Assembly: GCA_965224245.1 (NCBI GenBank)
Contig: OZ245046.1
Coordinates: forward strand, 32,001-96,000
Reading direction: 5' to 3'
Length of the DNA stretch: 64,000 nucleotides
DNA from: Candidatus Eiseniibacteriota bacterium
GTDB lineage: Bacteria > Eisenbacteria > RBG-16-71-46 > CAZAMP01
Numbering within the stretch: position 1 is the first letter of the stretch; each line of letters starts with the position of its first letter. The notes below the pieces were generated by a model that was not told the DNA's origin, made no database searches, and saw nothing but the letters and a program-made list of their open reading frames with translations. Positions 44,588 to 55,810 of this stretch are shown here, piece by piece. The position numbers and the translations under genes are program-made.

Positions 44588-47449
44588 CTAGTCGAAGTTC
44601 CGGATCAGCACGAGATCGCGTGCGGTGGTGGCGTGTCGAAACGCGATCGTGTCGCGCGTCTCGAGCCAGACCATGTTGGCAATGTAGCCACTCGGGAAAG
44701 ACGCCAGCTCCACCGCCTCGCCGTCGGCGTGTTCTCCGTCGAAGGGCTGGACCCAGAGACCAATCCCGTTCTCGTGTCCGCGATCGATGATCAGGTACTG
44801 CCCGTCGGGGCTCCAGAAGTGCCAGTCGATCCACCCGTCGGTGAAGCGGGTCAGCGGACGAGGGTCGCCGCCGTCGAGCTGGATCCGGTAGACGTTCTCG
44901 CCGTCGAACTGCCTGGGTGTCTGGAAGCTGAGACCGGCCCCGTCCGGGGTCCAGCGAACGTTCAGCATGCCCGGTCGCGGCGGTGCGATCGTGTACAGGG
45001 GATCGCCTCCCTCCGCGGGTCGCACCATGTAGTGCCGGACCCAGCGTTCCCCGATCGGCCGGAGGGCGCTCGTCAGGATGAACCGCGAGTCCGGCGAGAA
45101 CATCACGACGCCGGCATCGGTCAGGCCGTCGGCGATGTGAGTCGGCTCTCCACCCTCGACGGGGAGTGACCAGACGGTGCCCTCCTCGCCCCGGAAGAGG
45201 AGCGTCTGTCCGTCGGGTGAGCGGCCGACGATGAACTCACCAGAACCGTTGGTGAGCTGCTGCCGGTTCTCTCCCTCGAAGTCCATCCGCCAGACGTGCG
45301 GGGTGAAGTCGTCCGCGATCCTCCGGAACACGATGGCGTCGCCGGCCGCGACGGCACCCCATTCGTGGCCGTCGACCGGGGAGAGCGACCGCAGATTCGA
45401 TCCGTCGGGCGACACTCGCGCCACCACGGAGGATTCCTCTCGAACCCAGTCGCCCAGGATGTCCCCGTTCGGCAGCGAGCTGAGGGGGAGGAGCCTGCCT
45501 CCACCGGCGAAGGAGAGCTGTCGCGCGGGGCTGGCTCCGTCGATCGGGGTCGTCCAGAGGCTCGACGACTCCGTTATGCGGATCGCCGCGATGGTGCTTC
45601 CGCCCTCGCCGACGGAGAGTGCCTGGTACTCGTTCAGGTCGTTCGTGATCCGCGTGAGGTCGCCCGTCTCGGTCTCGATGCGCCAGATCTGCGGCCGCTG
45701 AGACATGACCGCCCCGCCGGCGCAGACGAGGTGCTGCGCGTCGGGTAGCCACTCGATGTCGTCGATCACGAAGCCGCGGGGGAAGCGGATCCGGTCGGGC
45801 TCTCCTCCCTCGACGGGGAAGATCTCGAGGACGGTGTGGATCCCGCCTTCCGGGGTGGAGAACGTCCACGCGATGGACGTTCCGTCGGGTGACCACACCG
45901 GCGGGGTGATGACGAACGCGTCTCCGGTCTCGCCCCGCACGACCTCGGTCCCGTCGGATAGATCCGCGATGACGAGCTGGTTCCGACCCTGCTGGGGAAC
46001 GCCCCGCCGGAAGCACGCTCTCGATCCGTCAGGCGACATCGAGATGGGCGAGTCGACATCGAACAGGCGCTTCCGCGGCGTACCTCCCAGGGACGGGACC
46101 GAGAAGATGGCCGAGTAGTTCGGCGTGTCCGGATCGCGCCGCCTGAAGAACACGTAGCTTCCGTCGGGGCTGAACGAGACGCGGCCGATGTCGGGCTCGG
46201 GTCCGGCGATCCGGACCTGGCTCCCGGTGGCCACCTGACGGACCCACAGCTCCCTCCCGTCAGGAGACCCGCCGACGAACGCCAGGTAGCGACCGTCCGC
46301 GCTCAGCACCGGCGAGTCGATCCTCTCCGCGCTCAGCACGCTCGTCATGGTCATGGTCTGGAAAGGGCGTGACGTGTCGTCGGGGCTCTTGCTTCGCGTG
46401 AGGGACCACACTCCCACGGCGAGCCCCGCGATGCCCAGCGCCGCGATGGCGAGCACCGCGGTCACGGGGAGCCCCCGCCGAGTCGCCGGTGGTGGGGTGG
46501 CGAACGAGCTGGCGCTGCCGGAGCTGGCGAGCGTGTCGTACTCGTCGACGATGGCCTCCAGCTCGATCGCGATGTCCTTCATGGAGGTGGCCCGCCGGTC
46601 GGGAGATTTGGCGAGGCAGCGCTTGATCAGCCGGCGAACCGCGCTGGGCACCTCGGGCGAGACCTCCTCCACCGGTGCCGGCTGCTGATTCAGGATCTGG
46701 TGCATCGTCTCCACGTCGGTGTCCGCCTGAAACGGCCGGCGCCCGGTCGCCGCCTCGTAGAGGAGGCAGCCGAACGAGAAGATGTCCGAGCGGTGGTCCA
46801 CCGACTGCCCCCGCACCTGCTCGGGGCTCATGTAGCCGACGGTGCCCAGCACGACGCCCGCGCCGGTACGGTCAGCGGGCGCCGTCTCGGCCAGCGTGGT
46901 GTCGCCGTCCGCAATCGTCCGCTCGGTGAGCTTCGCGAGACCGAAGTCGAGCACCTTCGCGTATCCGTCGCGACTGATCATGATGTTGCTCGGCTTCAGG
47001 TCGCGATGCACGATTCCCAGCGCGTGGGCCTTGGCCAGTCCCTCGGCGACCTGCGCGAGGTGACCGAGCAGGGTGCGAAGGTCGGTTCTCTCGTGGTGGA
47101 TCTTCTCCTGCAGGGTCTGGCCCTGAATCAGCTCCATCGAGATGTAGTGTACCGGAGCCGACGCGTCGCTCCCGGTGTCGTCGTCGCCGGTCTCCACCGG
47201 GGCCTGACCGATCTCGTAGATCGCGACGATGTGAGGATGGCTCAGCGACGACGCGGACTTCGCCTCGGTGACGAAGCGGCGTACGCGCTCCTCGTTGCGA
47301 ACCAGCTCCGCCGGGAGGACCTTGAGTGCCACGTGTCGCTCGAGCGTCTCGTCCCTCGCGACGTAGACCTCGCCCATGCCGCCGGCACCGAGCTGACCGA
47401 CGACGCGATAGTGAGCGATCCGATCCTCTGGCTGGAGGGTGCGATTCAT
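44588..47449 (-). CDS. Hanks-type Ser/Thr kinase with TM helix and TolB/PD40 beta-propeller
   Basis: GAGGMGEVY, VALK, HRDLKPSN, DFG, YMSPEQ; SPDG repeats. Confidence 0.93.
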   Translation of the reverse strand: MNRTLQPEDRIAHYRVVGQLGAGGMGEVYVARDETLERHVALKVLPAELVRNEERVRRFVTEAKSASSLSHPHIVAIYEIGQAPVETGDDDTGSDASAPVHYISMELIQGQTLQEKIHHERTDLRTLLGHLAQVAEGLAKAHALGIVHRDLKPSNIMISRDGYAKVLDFGLAKLTERTIADGDTTLAETAPADRTGAGVVLGTVGYMSPEQVRGQSVDHRSDIFSFGCLLYEAATGRRPFQADTDVETMHQILNQQPAPVEEVSPEVPSAVRRLIKRCLAKSPDRRATSMKDIAIELEAIVDEYDTLASSGSASSFATPPPATRRGLPVTAVLAIAALGIAGLAVGVWSLTRSKSPDDTSRPFQTMTMTSVLSAERIDSPVLSADGRYLAFVGGSPDGRELWVRQVATGSQVRIAGPEPDIGRVSFSPDGSYVFFRRRDPDTPNYSAIFSVPSLGGTPRKRLFDVDSPISMSPDGSRACFRRGVPQQGRNQLVIADLSDGTEVVRGETGDAFVITPPVWSPDGTSIAWTFSTPEGGIHTVLEIFPVEGGEPDRIRFPRGFVIDDIEWLPDAQHLVCAGGAVMSQRPQIWRIETETGDLTRITNDLNEYQALSVGEGGSTIAAIRITESSSLWTTPIDGASPARQLSFAGGGRLLPLSSLPNGDILGDWVREESSVVARVSPDGSNLRSLSPVDGHEWGAVAAGDAIVFRRIADDFTPHVWRMDFEGENRQQLTNGSGEFIVGRSPDGQTLLFRGEEGTVWSLPVEGGEPTHIADGLTDAGVVMFSPDSRFILTSALRPIGERWVRHYMVRPAEGGDPLYTIAPPRPGMLNVRWTPDGAGLSFQTPRQFDGENVYRIQLDGGDPRPLTRFTDGWIDWHFWSPDGQYLIIDRGHENGIGLWVQPFDGEHADGEAVELASFPSGYIANMVWLETRDTIAFRHATTARDLVLIRNFD

Positions 47450-47841
47450 GGGACTCCCTGGGTGGCGCAGACGAGCGTGGGCGGCGAGTGTAGGGGAGGG
47501 GTGGACACGTCGCAATCCTGCCGGCGTCGTGCGTGGCCATCGGAGGGACGGTTTCGCGGCGGGCCTGCGTCGCTCGGTCTGTAGTCGCAAGGTGTTATCT
47601 GCCAGCCTGATAGGGTCGTCTGACCGAATAGGTCGATCTCGTGACCGCGAAAACCGACTGCGGCGTGTCGTGTCCCGTCCCCGGAATCCGCGTTCGGTCT
47701 TCAGACGGGGCACGCGATCACAGGAACTCGCGGGTGACGACGGGAGCCGGGCCGGAGCCTCTCCGCGCGAAGCGCTCGGCGTGCAGGCCCCTCGTCGGCT
47801 ACGGCGTGCCCGATCGAACACTGTCTCTGCTGCGGAGGTGC

Positions 47842-50670
47842 ATGATGTGGGTCCTGGTCGTCCGCGCGTCCGGCTGGAGCGTCTTGCCGGCCCTTCTGGT
47901 CGGCTTCATGATTGGGAACGCCCGGGCGGAGCTCCTTTTCCCTGCCGAAGACGCTCCCAATCCCGACAACCGTGCCTCGTTCTCCCGAGTCGTGCGGGTG
48001 AGCCCGGATGCCATCGTCGATCTCGATGACGGCGCGCCCTTGTTCGATGCGGATGCGTCGACCACGGTCAGCCTTCGCGCCGATGGATCGGAGCGGCTCG
48101 AACTGCGTTTCCGCGGGTCTCCCCGGTGGCTGAACCACGTCGAGGTCGTCTCCGATGATCTCGACCTCGAGGTCCAGCTCCTGGATCTCACCGGCAAGTG
48201 GGTCACGTATGGCGAGCGCTCCGGTGGCGGTCGCGAGGTCGTGGTCGATGGACGGGACATGCGTGCGCAGGGGCTCCGCCTCTTGCCGTCGGTATCCGCC
48301 CGATCGGCCAGCACCGTCGCGATCTCGGAGGTGTTCGCCGATTTCCGGCAGGTCGATCCGGATCGGAGCGGCTCCTCCAGCGCGCGCGCCGGTGGTGGCA
48401 TCTACCACTACGACTGGGTCAACGATTACTCCGCCACCTCGGCGGGGAACCTGAGCAAGTGTGACGATGACGCCAGGGGGCTGCGCGACGAGCTCCCCGG
48501 GAGCTGGACGTACGGCGGGCACGGGAACAGCGGCGCCAAGGAGAACCATTTCAAGCGCACCGACATCGGCACCGGAGACAACCAGGATCACATAGACTGG
48601 GCCGACCTCTCCTACTACTCCGGTCACGGTAGCTCCAGCCGGTCCGACAGCTACTGGGGCCTCAACCTGAGCGCGTTCAGTCTGGGTACCTTCGTGGACG
48701 ATCGCTTCGTCGTGCCGAGCGACGGAAGAGCGGCCTGGGGCGATGGGAACATGGAGTGGCTGTGTGCGAGCGCCTGCAACATCCTGACCACGCTCTCCGA
48801 CAACTACTGGGCCAAGAACATGGATCGCCTCCACCTCATGTGTGGAGCACAGAGCACCATCGTCGACGCGGCGTACGGCGAACGCTTCGGGCGGAAGCTC
48901 GTCGACAACGGGCTGTTCGACTCCGCCTGGACGATCAAGAGCTCGTGGTGGGACTGCATGGATCACCACAACTCGTCCGGGCGGGTGGTCGTGATCGGGG
49001 AGACGAGCGCCGCGGGCGGAGACTACATCTGGGGTGAAGGATCGGTGATCTCCGACCCGACTCACGACAGCACGTTCTACCGCTGGACGAAGAGGCTCAC
49101 GGCTGCCACCGCACCCGAAGAGGACGTTCTGCAGGCTCACATCGTTCACGACCCCGAGCACTACCGGCGGTCCGAGAACCTGCGCGTGTTCTCGCCCAGG
49201 AGCGAGAACGGATTCACGGTGCGAATCGATCCGGCCCTTCTCGTCCAGGCTCGTGTGGCCGAGATGACCGTCTACGACGTGGTGCCATCGGGTATCGACG
49301 ACGACTACGTGAGGCAGGTCGCAGCCTCGATCTGTGCCGCAGAGGGGTTCTTGTGTGGTCTGGAGGACGTCGGCGCCGGCGATCTCGGGGAGCGGATCGC
49401 CACCATCGGCCCCCACGAGCTGCGCGTGAGGATCGCGAGCGGACGCTACGCCTATGCCAACACCGAGGAGTGGCTGGGGTGGCGGACGAACCCGGCCTCG
49501 CTTCCGAACGAGTCGCAGGCCCTGGATCGCGCGACCGCGATCGCCAGCGCCTGGCAGGGTGGGCAGCTGCCGGGTGCCCAGGTGAAGGGCATCGACTACG
49601 TCTTCCAGTCGGCGTTCGAGCTGTTCGCCGACGGCACGGAACAGGAGGACCCGGACAGCAGCCACGCCGTCGCCATCAACGTGAACTTCCAGCGGGAGCT
49701 GGGCGGGTTCTTGGTGGGTGGCGCGGGCGGTGTTGCCCGGATCTCTCTCGGTGACATGGGGAGGGTCCTGCGAGTCTCGCAGAATGGCTGGCGTCAGGTG
49801 ACGCCGGGTCCCACGGTTCCGACGATGCCCTTCACCGAGGCCATCGATGCGCTCACCGTCGAGGGCTGGGATGCCTGCATCCAGGGAGTCAAGTCGGATG
49901 CGGACGACATCGAGATCACGGCCTGGGAGCTGGGCTACTTCGAGGCTCCGGGATCCGTACCGGTGACTCAGATCCGTCCCTGCTTCATCCTCTACACCAT
50001 GATCGGGTCCGGTGACCCCGGCAGTGTCGTCCCCGCCGAGTTCTACGTCTGGGCGGAGCGCGTGCAGCCCCAGGGCACGATCCTGTCGCCACCCGACGGC
50101 ACGGAGATCGAGCCCGGGATGGAGGTCTGCTTCGCCGCTGCCGCCGTGCACGGCGTACCTCCGTACAGCTTCAGGTGGCTCGACACGGAGGGTGCGGTGA
50201 TCGGCGTCGGGGCCGAGGCCTGCGCCACGCTCATGCCTCCGCCGCCCGACGAAACCGGTCACGTGGATGATCGGGTGAGCATCGAGCTCGAGGTCCAGGA
50301 CGCCGCCGGACAGCAGAGCCACCGGTTCGTACAGATCGGCTTCGCGATGCCGCTATCGGTCGAGCCCTCGAGCACCCCTGCGATGGCCGTGCTCGAGCAG
50401 AATCGACCGAACCCGTTCCTGCCCTCGACGGAGATCTCGTTCGTGATCTCCGATGGAGCGAGCACGTCCGTACCCGTGAGACTCGTCGTGTACGACGTTG
50501 CCGGACGCGAGGTGCGCACGCTCGTCGACGAGCTCGCATCCCCCGGCCGACACACGCTGAGCTGGGATGCCCGGAACGACGCGGGCCACCGCGTCGAGGA
50601 GGGCGTCTACTTCTACCGGTTGCGGGCGGGAGACACGGACCTCGTGCGCAAGATGGTGATGGCGAGGTAG
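47842..50670 (+). CDS. secreted DUF6345-like domain protein with FlgD/T9SS-like C-terminal domain (start 47842 or 47845)
   Basis: RBS GGAGGTG; DLSYYSGHG..AWGDGNMEWLCASACNIL..LHLMCG; QNRPNPF..WDARNDAG..GVYFYRL. Confidence 0.82.
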   Translation: MMWVLVVRASGWSVLPALLVGFMIGNARAELLFPAEDAPNPDNRASFSRVVRVSPDAIVDLDDGAPLFDADASTTVSLRADGSERLELRFRGSPRWLNHVEVVSDDLDLEVQLLDLTGKWVTYGERSGGGREVVVDGRDMRAQGLRLLPSVSARSASTVAISEVFADFRQVDPDRSGSSSARAGGGIYHYDWVNDYSATSAGNLSKCDDDARGLRDELPGSWTYGGHGNSGAKENHFKRTDIGTGDNQDHIDWADLSYYSGHGSSSRSDSYWGLNLSAFSLGTFVDDRFVVPSDGRAAWGDGNMEWLCASACNILTTLSDNYWAKNMDRLHLMCGAQSTIVDAAYGERFGRKLVDNGLFDSAWTIKSSWWDCMDHHNSSGRVVVIGETSAAGGDYIWGEGSVISDPTHDSTFYRWTKRLTAATAPEEDVLQAHIVHDPEHYRRSENLRVFSPRSENGFTVRIDPALLVQARVAEMTVYDVVPSGIDDDYVRQVAASICAAEGFLCGLEDVGAGDLGERIATIGPHELRVRIASGRYAYANTEEWLGWRTNPASLPNESQALDRATAIASAWQGGQLPGAQVKGIDYVFQSAFELFADGTEQEDPDSSHAVAINVNFQRELGGFLVGGAGGVARISLGDMGRVLRVSQNGWRQVTPGPTVPTMPFTEAIDALTVEGWDACIQGVKSDADDIEITAWELGYFEAPGSVPVTQIRPCFILYTMIGSGDPGSVVPAEFYVWAERVQPQGTILSPPDGTEIEPGMEVCFAAAAVHGVPPYSFRWLDTEGAVIGVGAEACATLMPPPPDETGHVDDRVSIELEVQDAAGQQSHRFVQIGFAMPLSVEPSSTPAMAVLEQNRPNPFLPSTEISFVISDGASTSVPVRLVVYDVAGREVRTLVDELASPGRHTLSWDARNDAGHRVEEGVYFYRLRAGDTDLVRKMVMAR

Positions 50671-50729
50671 CCGGCCGGCGTCCGCCGGGCGGCAGCATCG
50701 TCCTGACGGCGGGAAGATGCGATTGGAGC

Positions 50730-53700
50730 TCAGTCGTGCCCCGGCGATCGGGATGACCGGCCCGGGAGCGCGCCCCGCAACGTGGCGCGGGCGCGCTCTG
50801 CCAGCTCGGGGGCCACGCTCCCGACGAACGCGGAGAGCGACATCGCCGCCCCCGCCTCCTGCGCGCGCACCAGCGCGGACTCGCCGATCCGATCCCGGAT
50901 CGAGCGAACCCATCCGTCCTGGAGCTCCAGTGCGCGAGGGGTCCTCGGAAGGTGGAGGTCCTCGTAGGCTCGATCCAGGGCACTCCAGTAGAGCGCGGCA
51001 CGCGTCGGATCCCCCAGCTCGGTCTCCGTGGCACAGTACTCGAAGAGGATCGCAAGCACACGACCCGGATGGCTCATCTCCACCGCGACGGTCAGCCCCT
51101 CGCGGTGGGTGCCTGCCGAGGACTCGTAGCGCCCCAGGCGTCTGTACGTCGCGGCGACGTTGATGAGCACCGTGAAGCGACCGACGGGGTCATCGAACTC
51201 CTGGAAGATGGCACCCGCACCCTGCATGGGACCCAGGGCCGCCTCCAGCTCACCCCGGAAGCCGAGATTGCGTCCGATCGAGAGCAACGCCCGGGCCTCG
51301 CCGGGACGATCCTGCGCGCGACGGTGAAGGGTCAACGACTCTTTCCACAGCACGTGTGCTTCCTCGTGCTCCTGGGCGAGCGTGAGTGCGGAGGCGAGGC
51401 TGTGAAGGGTCCGTGCGAGCTCGGCATCCTGCTGTTCGTGACGGAAGATCCGTGCCGCCTCGCGGAGCTCCTCGATGGCCCGCTCGTTCTCGGCGCGGAA
51501 GTGATCGCAGATCCCCGAGCGACGCAGGACGGTTCCCAGCAGCACCGGCTCGCCGATCCTGCGCGCGCGTGCGAGCGCCTCGTCCAGCATGGGGCGAGCC
51601 ACGTCGAAGCGTTGCAGCTCCGTGGCCAGGGTGGCCGTTCCGGCCAGGACCTCCACGTACAGTGCTTCTCGAGTCGAGCGGTCGTCCGGACGAAATGCCT
51701 CCAGGATCGGGGTCAGGAGCCGCAGCCCCTCACTCCAGCGGCCCCGAGGTCCCCAGTACCCGAGCAGGTTCGCGCATAGCCGCAGGGCATCTCCACTCAC
51801 CTCGAGGTCGAGGACGCGCTGCAAGGCGTGCTCGATGGTCGCGTACTCGGCGGCCACCGTCCGGAACCACCGATCGTCGCTGATCGAGGCCGGCGGCTCG
51901 GTCCATCGGGCGAGCGTGCGGACGAGGCGTTCGTACACGGTGTGGCAGTCGGGATGCGTCTCCAGGCGATGCACCGCGTACTCACGCACGGTATCGAGGA
52001 GTCGATACCGCACGCTCGCGTCGGGACCGGGAAGGGTGGTGACCAGCGACGCCTCCACCAGCCGGAGCAGATGACCCGCAACATCGGAGTCCGGCAGATC
52101 GCCTCCGGCGCACACGTCGCGCGCCATCGGCAGCGACCAGCTGCCCCGCAGAGCGGCGAGCCGGGTGAACAGCTCCTGCTCCGCGGGCGACAACAGCTCG
52201 AAGCTCCATGCCACGAGCTTGCGTAGGGATTGATGACGCGTCGGCCGCCGCCGCACCGCCCGGGCCGACGGACCGGGATCGATGACCAGCGCCGGGATCT
52301 GCTCGAAGTCGACAATCCCCACATGCGCGGCCGCGAGCTCGATGGCCAGGGGCAGTCCATCGAGTGCATGGCACAACGCCACGACTCGTTCGGGGGACAT
52401 GGCGTCGAGGAAGTCGCCGCGACCTCGCGCCGCCACGCGGTCGCGCAGGAGTGCCACGGCAGCGTCCTCAGTGCCATCGGCCTGTTCACCCAGCAATGGG
52501 CCGATCTCGATTCTCCGCTCGTCCGCGACGCCCAGTGGCCGGCGACTCGTGGCGAGGATGGTCACCGCTTGCGTACGGGACAGCAGATCTTCCACCAGAT
52601 CCGACACGGGCCGGACGACGTGCTCGCAGCTGTCGAGGACGAGGAGCGATCTCGCACCAGCCATCGCGGATAGCACGGTCTCCTCGGGACGACGACCCGG
52701 CTGCTCCTCGATCCCGACCGTGAGACAGATCGCCGCCGCCACCTGTCCCGCATCCACGGCAGATAGATCGATGAGCCAGGTGCCCTCGGGATACTGATCA
52801 CGCAGCTCGACCGCCGCCTCGATGGCGGTGCGCGTCTTCCCGGCACCTCCATGCCCCGTCAACGTGACGAGTCGCGACTGCTCCAGCGCATCGAGGACAT
52901 CGCGCATCGTGCGCTGACGACCGATGAACCGGAGTCCCTGACTCGTCACGTTTCCCAGCACGGCACCGGGGTGCGAGACGGACACGCCGAGAGCGGTCGC
53001 TCGCAGCCGCAGAAGCTCTTCCTCGAGTCGGTGGCGGATCACCCGTGCGTCCGTCGGGCGCTCCTCGGGTCTCCTGGACAGGGACGCGCGCGTGATGGCC
53101 TCGAGTTCCGCGCACTCGCCCGGGAGTGCGTCGAACGCGATGGGGCCGGTCAGCGTGCCGTCGCGGATCTCGCTCCAGGTCCGTCCGCTGATGGCCGGCC
53201 GTGACGTCAGGCACTCGAATAGAATGCAGCCCAGTGCCCACAGATCACCGGCCGGTCCGGCCGCGGCTCCGGCGAAGACCTCGGGGCTCACGTAGCCCGG
53301 CGTTCCCGAGACGCGGGTCGATGTGACGCGCGGGGCCGCCGGATCCGTTGCGAGCCCGAAGTCGAGCACCTTCAACGTGCCACCGGACGTGAGCATCACG
53401 TTTCCCGGCTTGAGATCTCGGTGCACGATGCCCCGTGCGTGTGCGGCCTCGAGCGCGGAAGCGATCTGCATGCCGATCCGACACGTCTGCTCCGACCCCA
53501 GAGCGCCCCGGCGGAGCGCTTTCTGGAGCGTCTCACCCGGCACGAGCTCCATGGTCAGGAATACGGTTCCGTCCGATTCCTCCAGCGTGTGGAGCGTGGC
53601 GAGGTTCGCGTGGACAATCGACGCCTGCGCGCGTGCTTCCTTGCGAAGCCGTTCGCGGCGCTCGGGGTCGGCGGCGATGTGAGGGGCCAGCGTCTTGATG

Positions 53701-53987
53701 GCGATGCGACGACCCAGCTCCGGGTCGTGTGCCTCGTAGACGATGCCCATGCCACCTCGGCCGATCTCGCGCAGCACACGATACTTCCCGATCTCGGCGG
53801 GCGGCGCCTCGCTGCCACGAGGCGGGGCGAGAAACGTCGGCGCTTCCTCGAATGCTGCCAGCAGCTCGATCACGCGCTGCTTCAGGATCTCGTCGCCGCC
53901 GCAGGTCCGGGCGAGGTGCTCCGGTCGCTCATCCGGGTCGAGCTCGACGAGCTCGTTGAAGAGCTCCGCGGCACGGTGCGGGCTCAT
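50730..53987 (-). CDS. Ser/Thr kinase + STAND ATPase + TPR protein (ECF-associated)
   Basis: [49 protein letters not shown]; TPRs; 4-nt overlap with the upstream sigma gene. Confidence 0.92.
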   Translation of the reverse strand: MSPHRAAELFNELVELDPDERPEHLARTCGGDEILKQRVIELLAAFEEAPTFLAPPRGSEAPPAEIGKYRVLREIGRGGMGIVYEAHDPELGRRIAIKTLAPHIAADPERRERLRKEARAQASIVHANLATLHTLEESDGTVFLTMELVPGETLQKALRRGALGSEQTCRIGMQIASALEAAHARGIVHRDLKPGNVMLTSGGTLKVLDFGLATDPAAPRVTSTRVSGTPGYVSPEVFAGAAAGPAGDLWALGCILFECLTSRPAISGRTWSEIRDGTLTGPIAFDALPGECAELEAITRASLSRRPEERPTDARVIRHRLEEELLRLRATALGVSVSHPGAVLGNVTSQGLRFIGRQRTMRDVLDALEQSRLVTLTGHGGAGKTRTAIEAAVELRDQYPEGTWLIDLSAVDAGQVAAAICLTVGIEEQPGRRPEETVLSAMAGARSLLVLDSCEHVVRPVSDLVEDLLSRTQAVTILATSRRPLGVADERRIEIGPLLGEQADGTEDAAVALLRDRVAARGRGDFLDAMSPERVVALCHALDGLPLAIELAAAHVGIVDFEQIPALVIDPGPSARAVRRRPTRHQSLRKLVAWSFELLSPAEQELFTRLAALRGSWSLPMARDVCAGGDLPDSDVAGHLLRLVEASLVTTLPGPDASVRYRLLDTVREYAVHRLETHPDCHTVYERLVRTLARWTEPPASISDDRWFRTVAAEYATIEHALQRVLDLEVSGDALRLCANLLGYWGPRGRWSEGLRLLTPILEAFRPDDRSTREALYVEVLAGTATLATELQRFDVARPMLDEALARARRIGEPVLLGTVLRRSGICDHFRAENERAIEELREAARIFRHEQQDAELARTLHSLASALTLAQEHEEAHVLWKESLTLHRRAQDRPGEARALLSIGRNLGFRGELEAALGPMQGAGAIFQEFDDPVGRFTVLINVAATYRRLGRYESSAGTHREGLTVAVEMSHPGRVLAILFEYCATETELGDPTRAALYWSALDRAYEDLHLPRTPRALELQDGWVRSIRDRIGESALVRAQEAGAAMSLSAFVGSVAPELAERARATLRGALPGRSSRSPGHD

Positions 53988-54616
53988 GACCCCCCCGACC
54001 GGGAGCCCGGGTCGTCCACACCGTCGTCGCGGAGGATTTCCCAGAGAAACGCCCGCGCATAGCGCCAGTCCCGGACGACGGTCCGCAGCGAGACCTCGAG
54101 TACGTCCGCGACCTCCTCGTGTGTGAGTCCCGCGAAGTAGATCAGCTCCACGCTCCGGGCCGCGCGAGGCGACTCCTCGGACAGCTGCATCAGGGCCTCT
54201 TCGAGCGCGAGCAGGTCCGGCGTGGAGCTCTGTGCGGGTGTGACCGAAGCCGACGATAGCGGAACGCGATGGCGATCGCTTCCCCGCTTGGCCGCCGCAT
54301 GCGCTCGCGCATGGTCGACCAGAACGCGACGCATCGCCGTGGCCGCCAGCGCGAGCAGATGCCGGCCGTCGTCGATCCGAGAGCGACGCTGGCTCGCCAG
54401 GCGCAGGTAGGCCTCGTGTGCGAGAGCCGTGGTCCGCAGTGTGTGGTCGGAGCGTTCCCAGCGCATGAGCTGGCTGGCCAGGCCCCGGAACTCGGTGTAG
54501 ACCCGGGGCAGGATCTGGTCGAGCGTCGTCGGCGCGTCGGCGGTCGCGTGCGTGACCACGTCACGCACGAAGCGATCGACGAACGCGTTGGCTTCCGGGT
54601 CGGGGCCGGGCGACAT
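53984..54616 (-). CDS. ECF sigma factor, kinase-associated type (ECF43/TIGR02999-like)
   Basis: HTLRTTALAHEAYLRL, AMRRVLVDHAR...KRG, RTVVRDWRYARAFL. Confidence 0.92.
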   Translation of the reverse strand: MSPGPDPEANAFVDRFVRDVVTHATADAPTTLDQILPRVYTEFRGLASQLMRWERSDHTLRTTALAHEAYLRLASQRRSRIDDGRHLLALAATAMRRVLVDHARAHAAAKRGSDRHRVPLSSASVTPAQSSTPDLLALEEALMQLSEESPRAARSVELIYFAGLTHEEVADVLEVSLRTVVRDWRYARAFLWEILRDDGVDDPGSRSGGS

Positions 54617-54838
54617 GGACGCGTCTCCTGACGGTTCTATCCCGGCGAGTATACCTCATGCGATCGGGAGAATCTGACCACGGCTCTGCACGCTGTGCAT
54701 CGTGGTCTGCGGAAACTACGTACTCGGTGTAAGTAGTCGGCTCGTCGTCGTCGAGAACGGCGTCTCTCGCGATGACCGGATATCATGTGACTCGGACCGT
54801 ACGATGGCGGCCCGGGCGCCTCGGTTTTGGTGCTCTCG

Positions 54839-55664
54839 TCATCGTGGAGGCGGCGGCGAGTAGCTCACCGTCTCCACGTCCACGAGGAGGCCGTCGAGGT
54901 GTTCTCGCAGTGCGGGATCAACCGACGTCTGCATCCGACCACCGAGGTGCTTCTCCGTCGCGCCATCCGCGGTCACGCGTACGGCGAGACGCGGCTGACC
55001 CTCCAGGTCGAATGGAAACCGCGAACGCGATCGACGTTCTCGTAGACGAGCGTGCGCTCGCCCGTGGCGAGGACGACGCGGTACAGATCGTGCCATCCAC
55101 GATCCCGGTCGTTCAGGCCGAGCCAGATCACGTCGGGCGTGGCATCGGGAGTTGCAAGCAGGGTGGCTTGATCCCATCGAGAGGCGTGAGATCTCGGGCG
55201 GGGGGTGCGCCGTCCCCGTCCTGCGGGTCGCCCGGGTCGATCACGTGGATGTGGTGGTTCTGGCTTCCACCGCGATCCTGTCGGTACAGAACGTAGTGCC
55301 CATCCCGGCTGCACGTGTACGCGCTGACGGCACGGACACCGGCCGTCAGCAGACGGGCATCTTCGAGCGGCTCACCCGTGTCCGCGACCCAGAGGTTCAT
55401 GACTCCGTTATGAGGCTTGACGAACGACACGTGGCGACCATCCGGAGAGAGCTGGCCGCTCGCGTACCGGGGGTTGCCCGCGAAGATCGCGCGATCGAGC
55501 AACGGCGAGAGATCGGCGCCCTGAAGCCCGGGCGCCGTGGGTGCGCTGCCCTCGGCTTCCTGCCCGATTGCGGGGGTCGTCATGACGAGTGCCGCGATCG
55601 TGCCCGCGACGGAGAGGCGAATGGTACGGGCTGGACGACGGAACAGCAGCGACGCTCGTCTCAT
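54839..55664 (-). pseudogene. truncated, twice-frameshifted S9 (prolyl oligopeptidase-like) peptidase N-terminal fragment
   Basis: FAGNP..QLSPDG..GVMNLWV..RDLTPLDG | LGLNDRD..HDLYRV..GERTLVYEN | DLEGQPRLA across three frames (shifts near 55168 and 55012); no GxSxG catalytic domain follows. Confidence 0.82.
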
Positions 55665-55810
55665 GATGGCTCCACGGAGTTGAACATCGTTGGCAAGCCA
55701 ATGAGCGGGCGAACATACCACGACGTCGGCGACGGCCATGTCTCGAAACGTCACGACGTCGCCAGGTCACCCTTCACGAAGCCTGGGGGACACCGGCCTC
55801 GTCAACGGAA

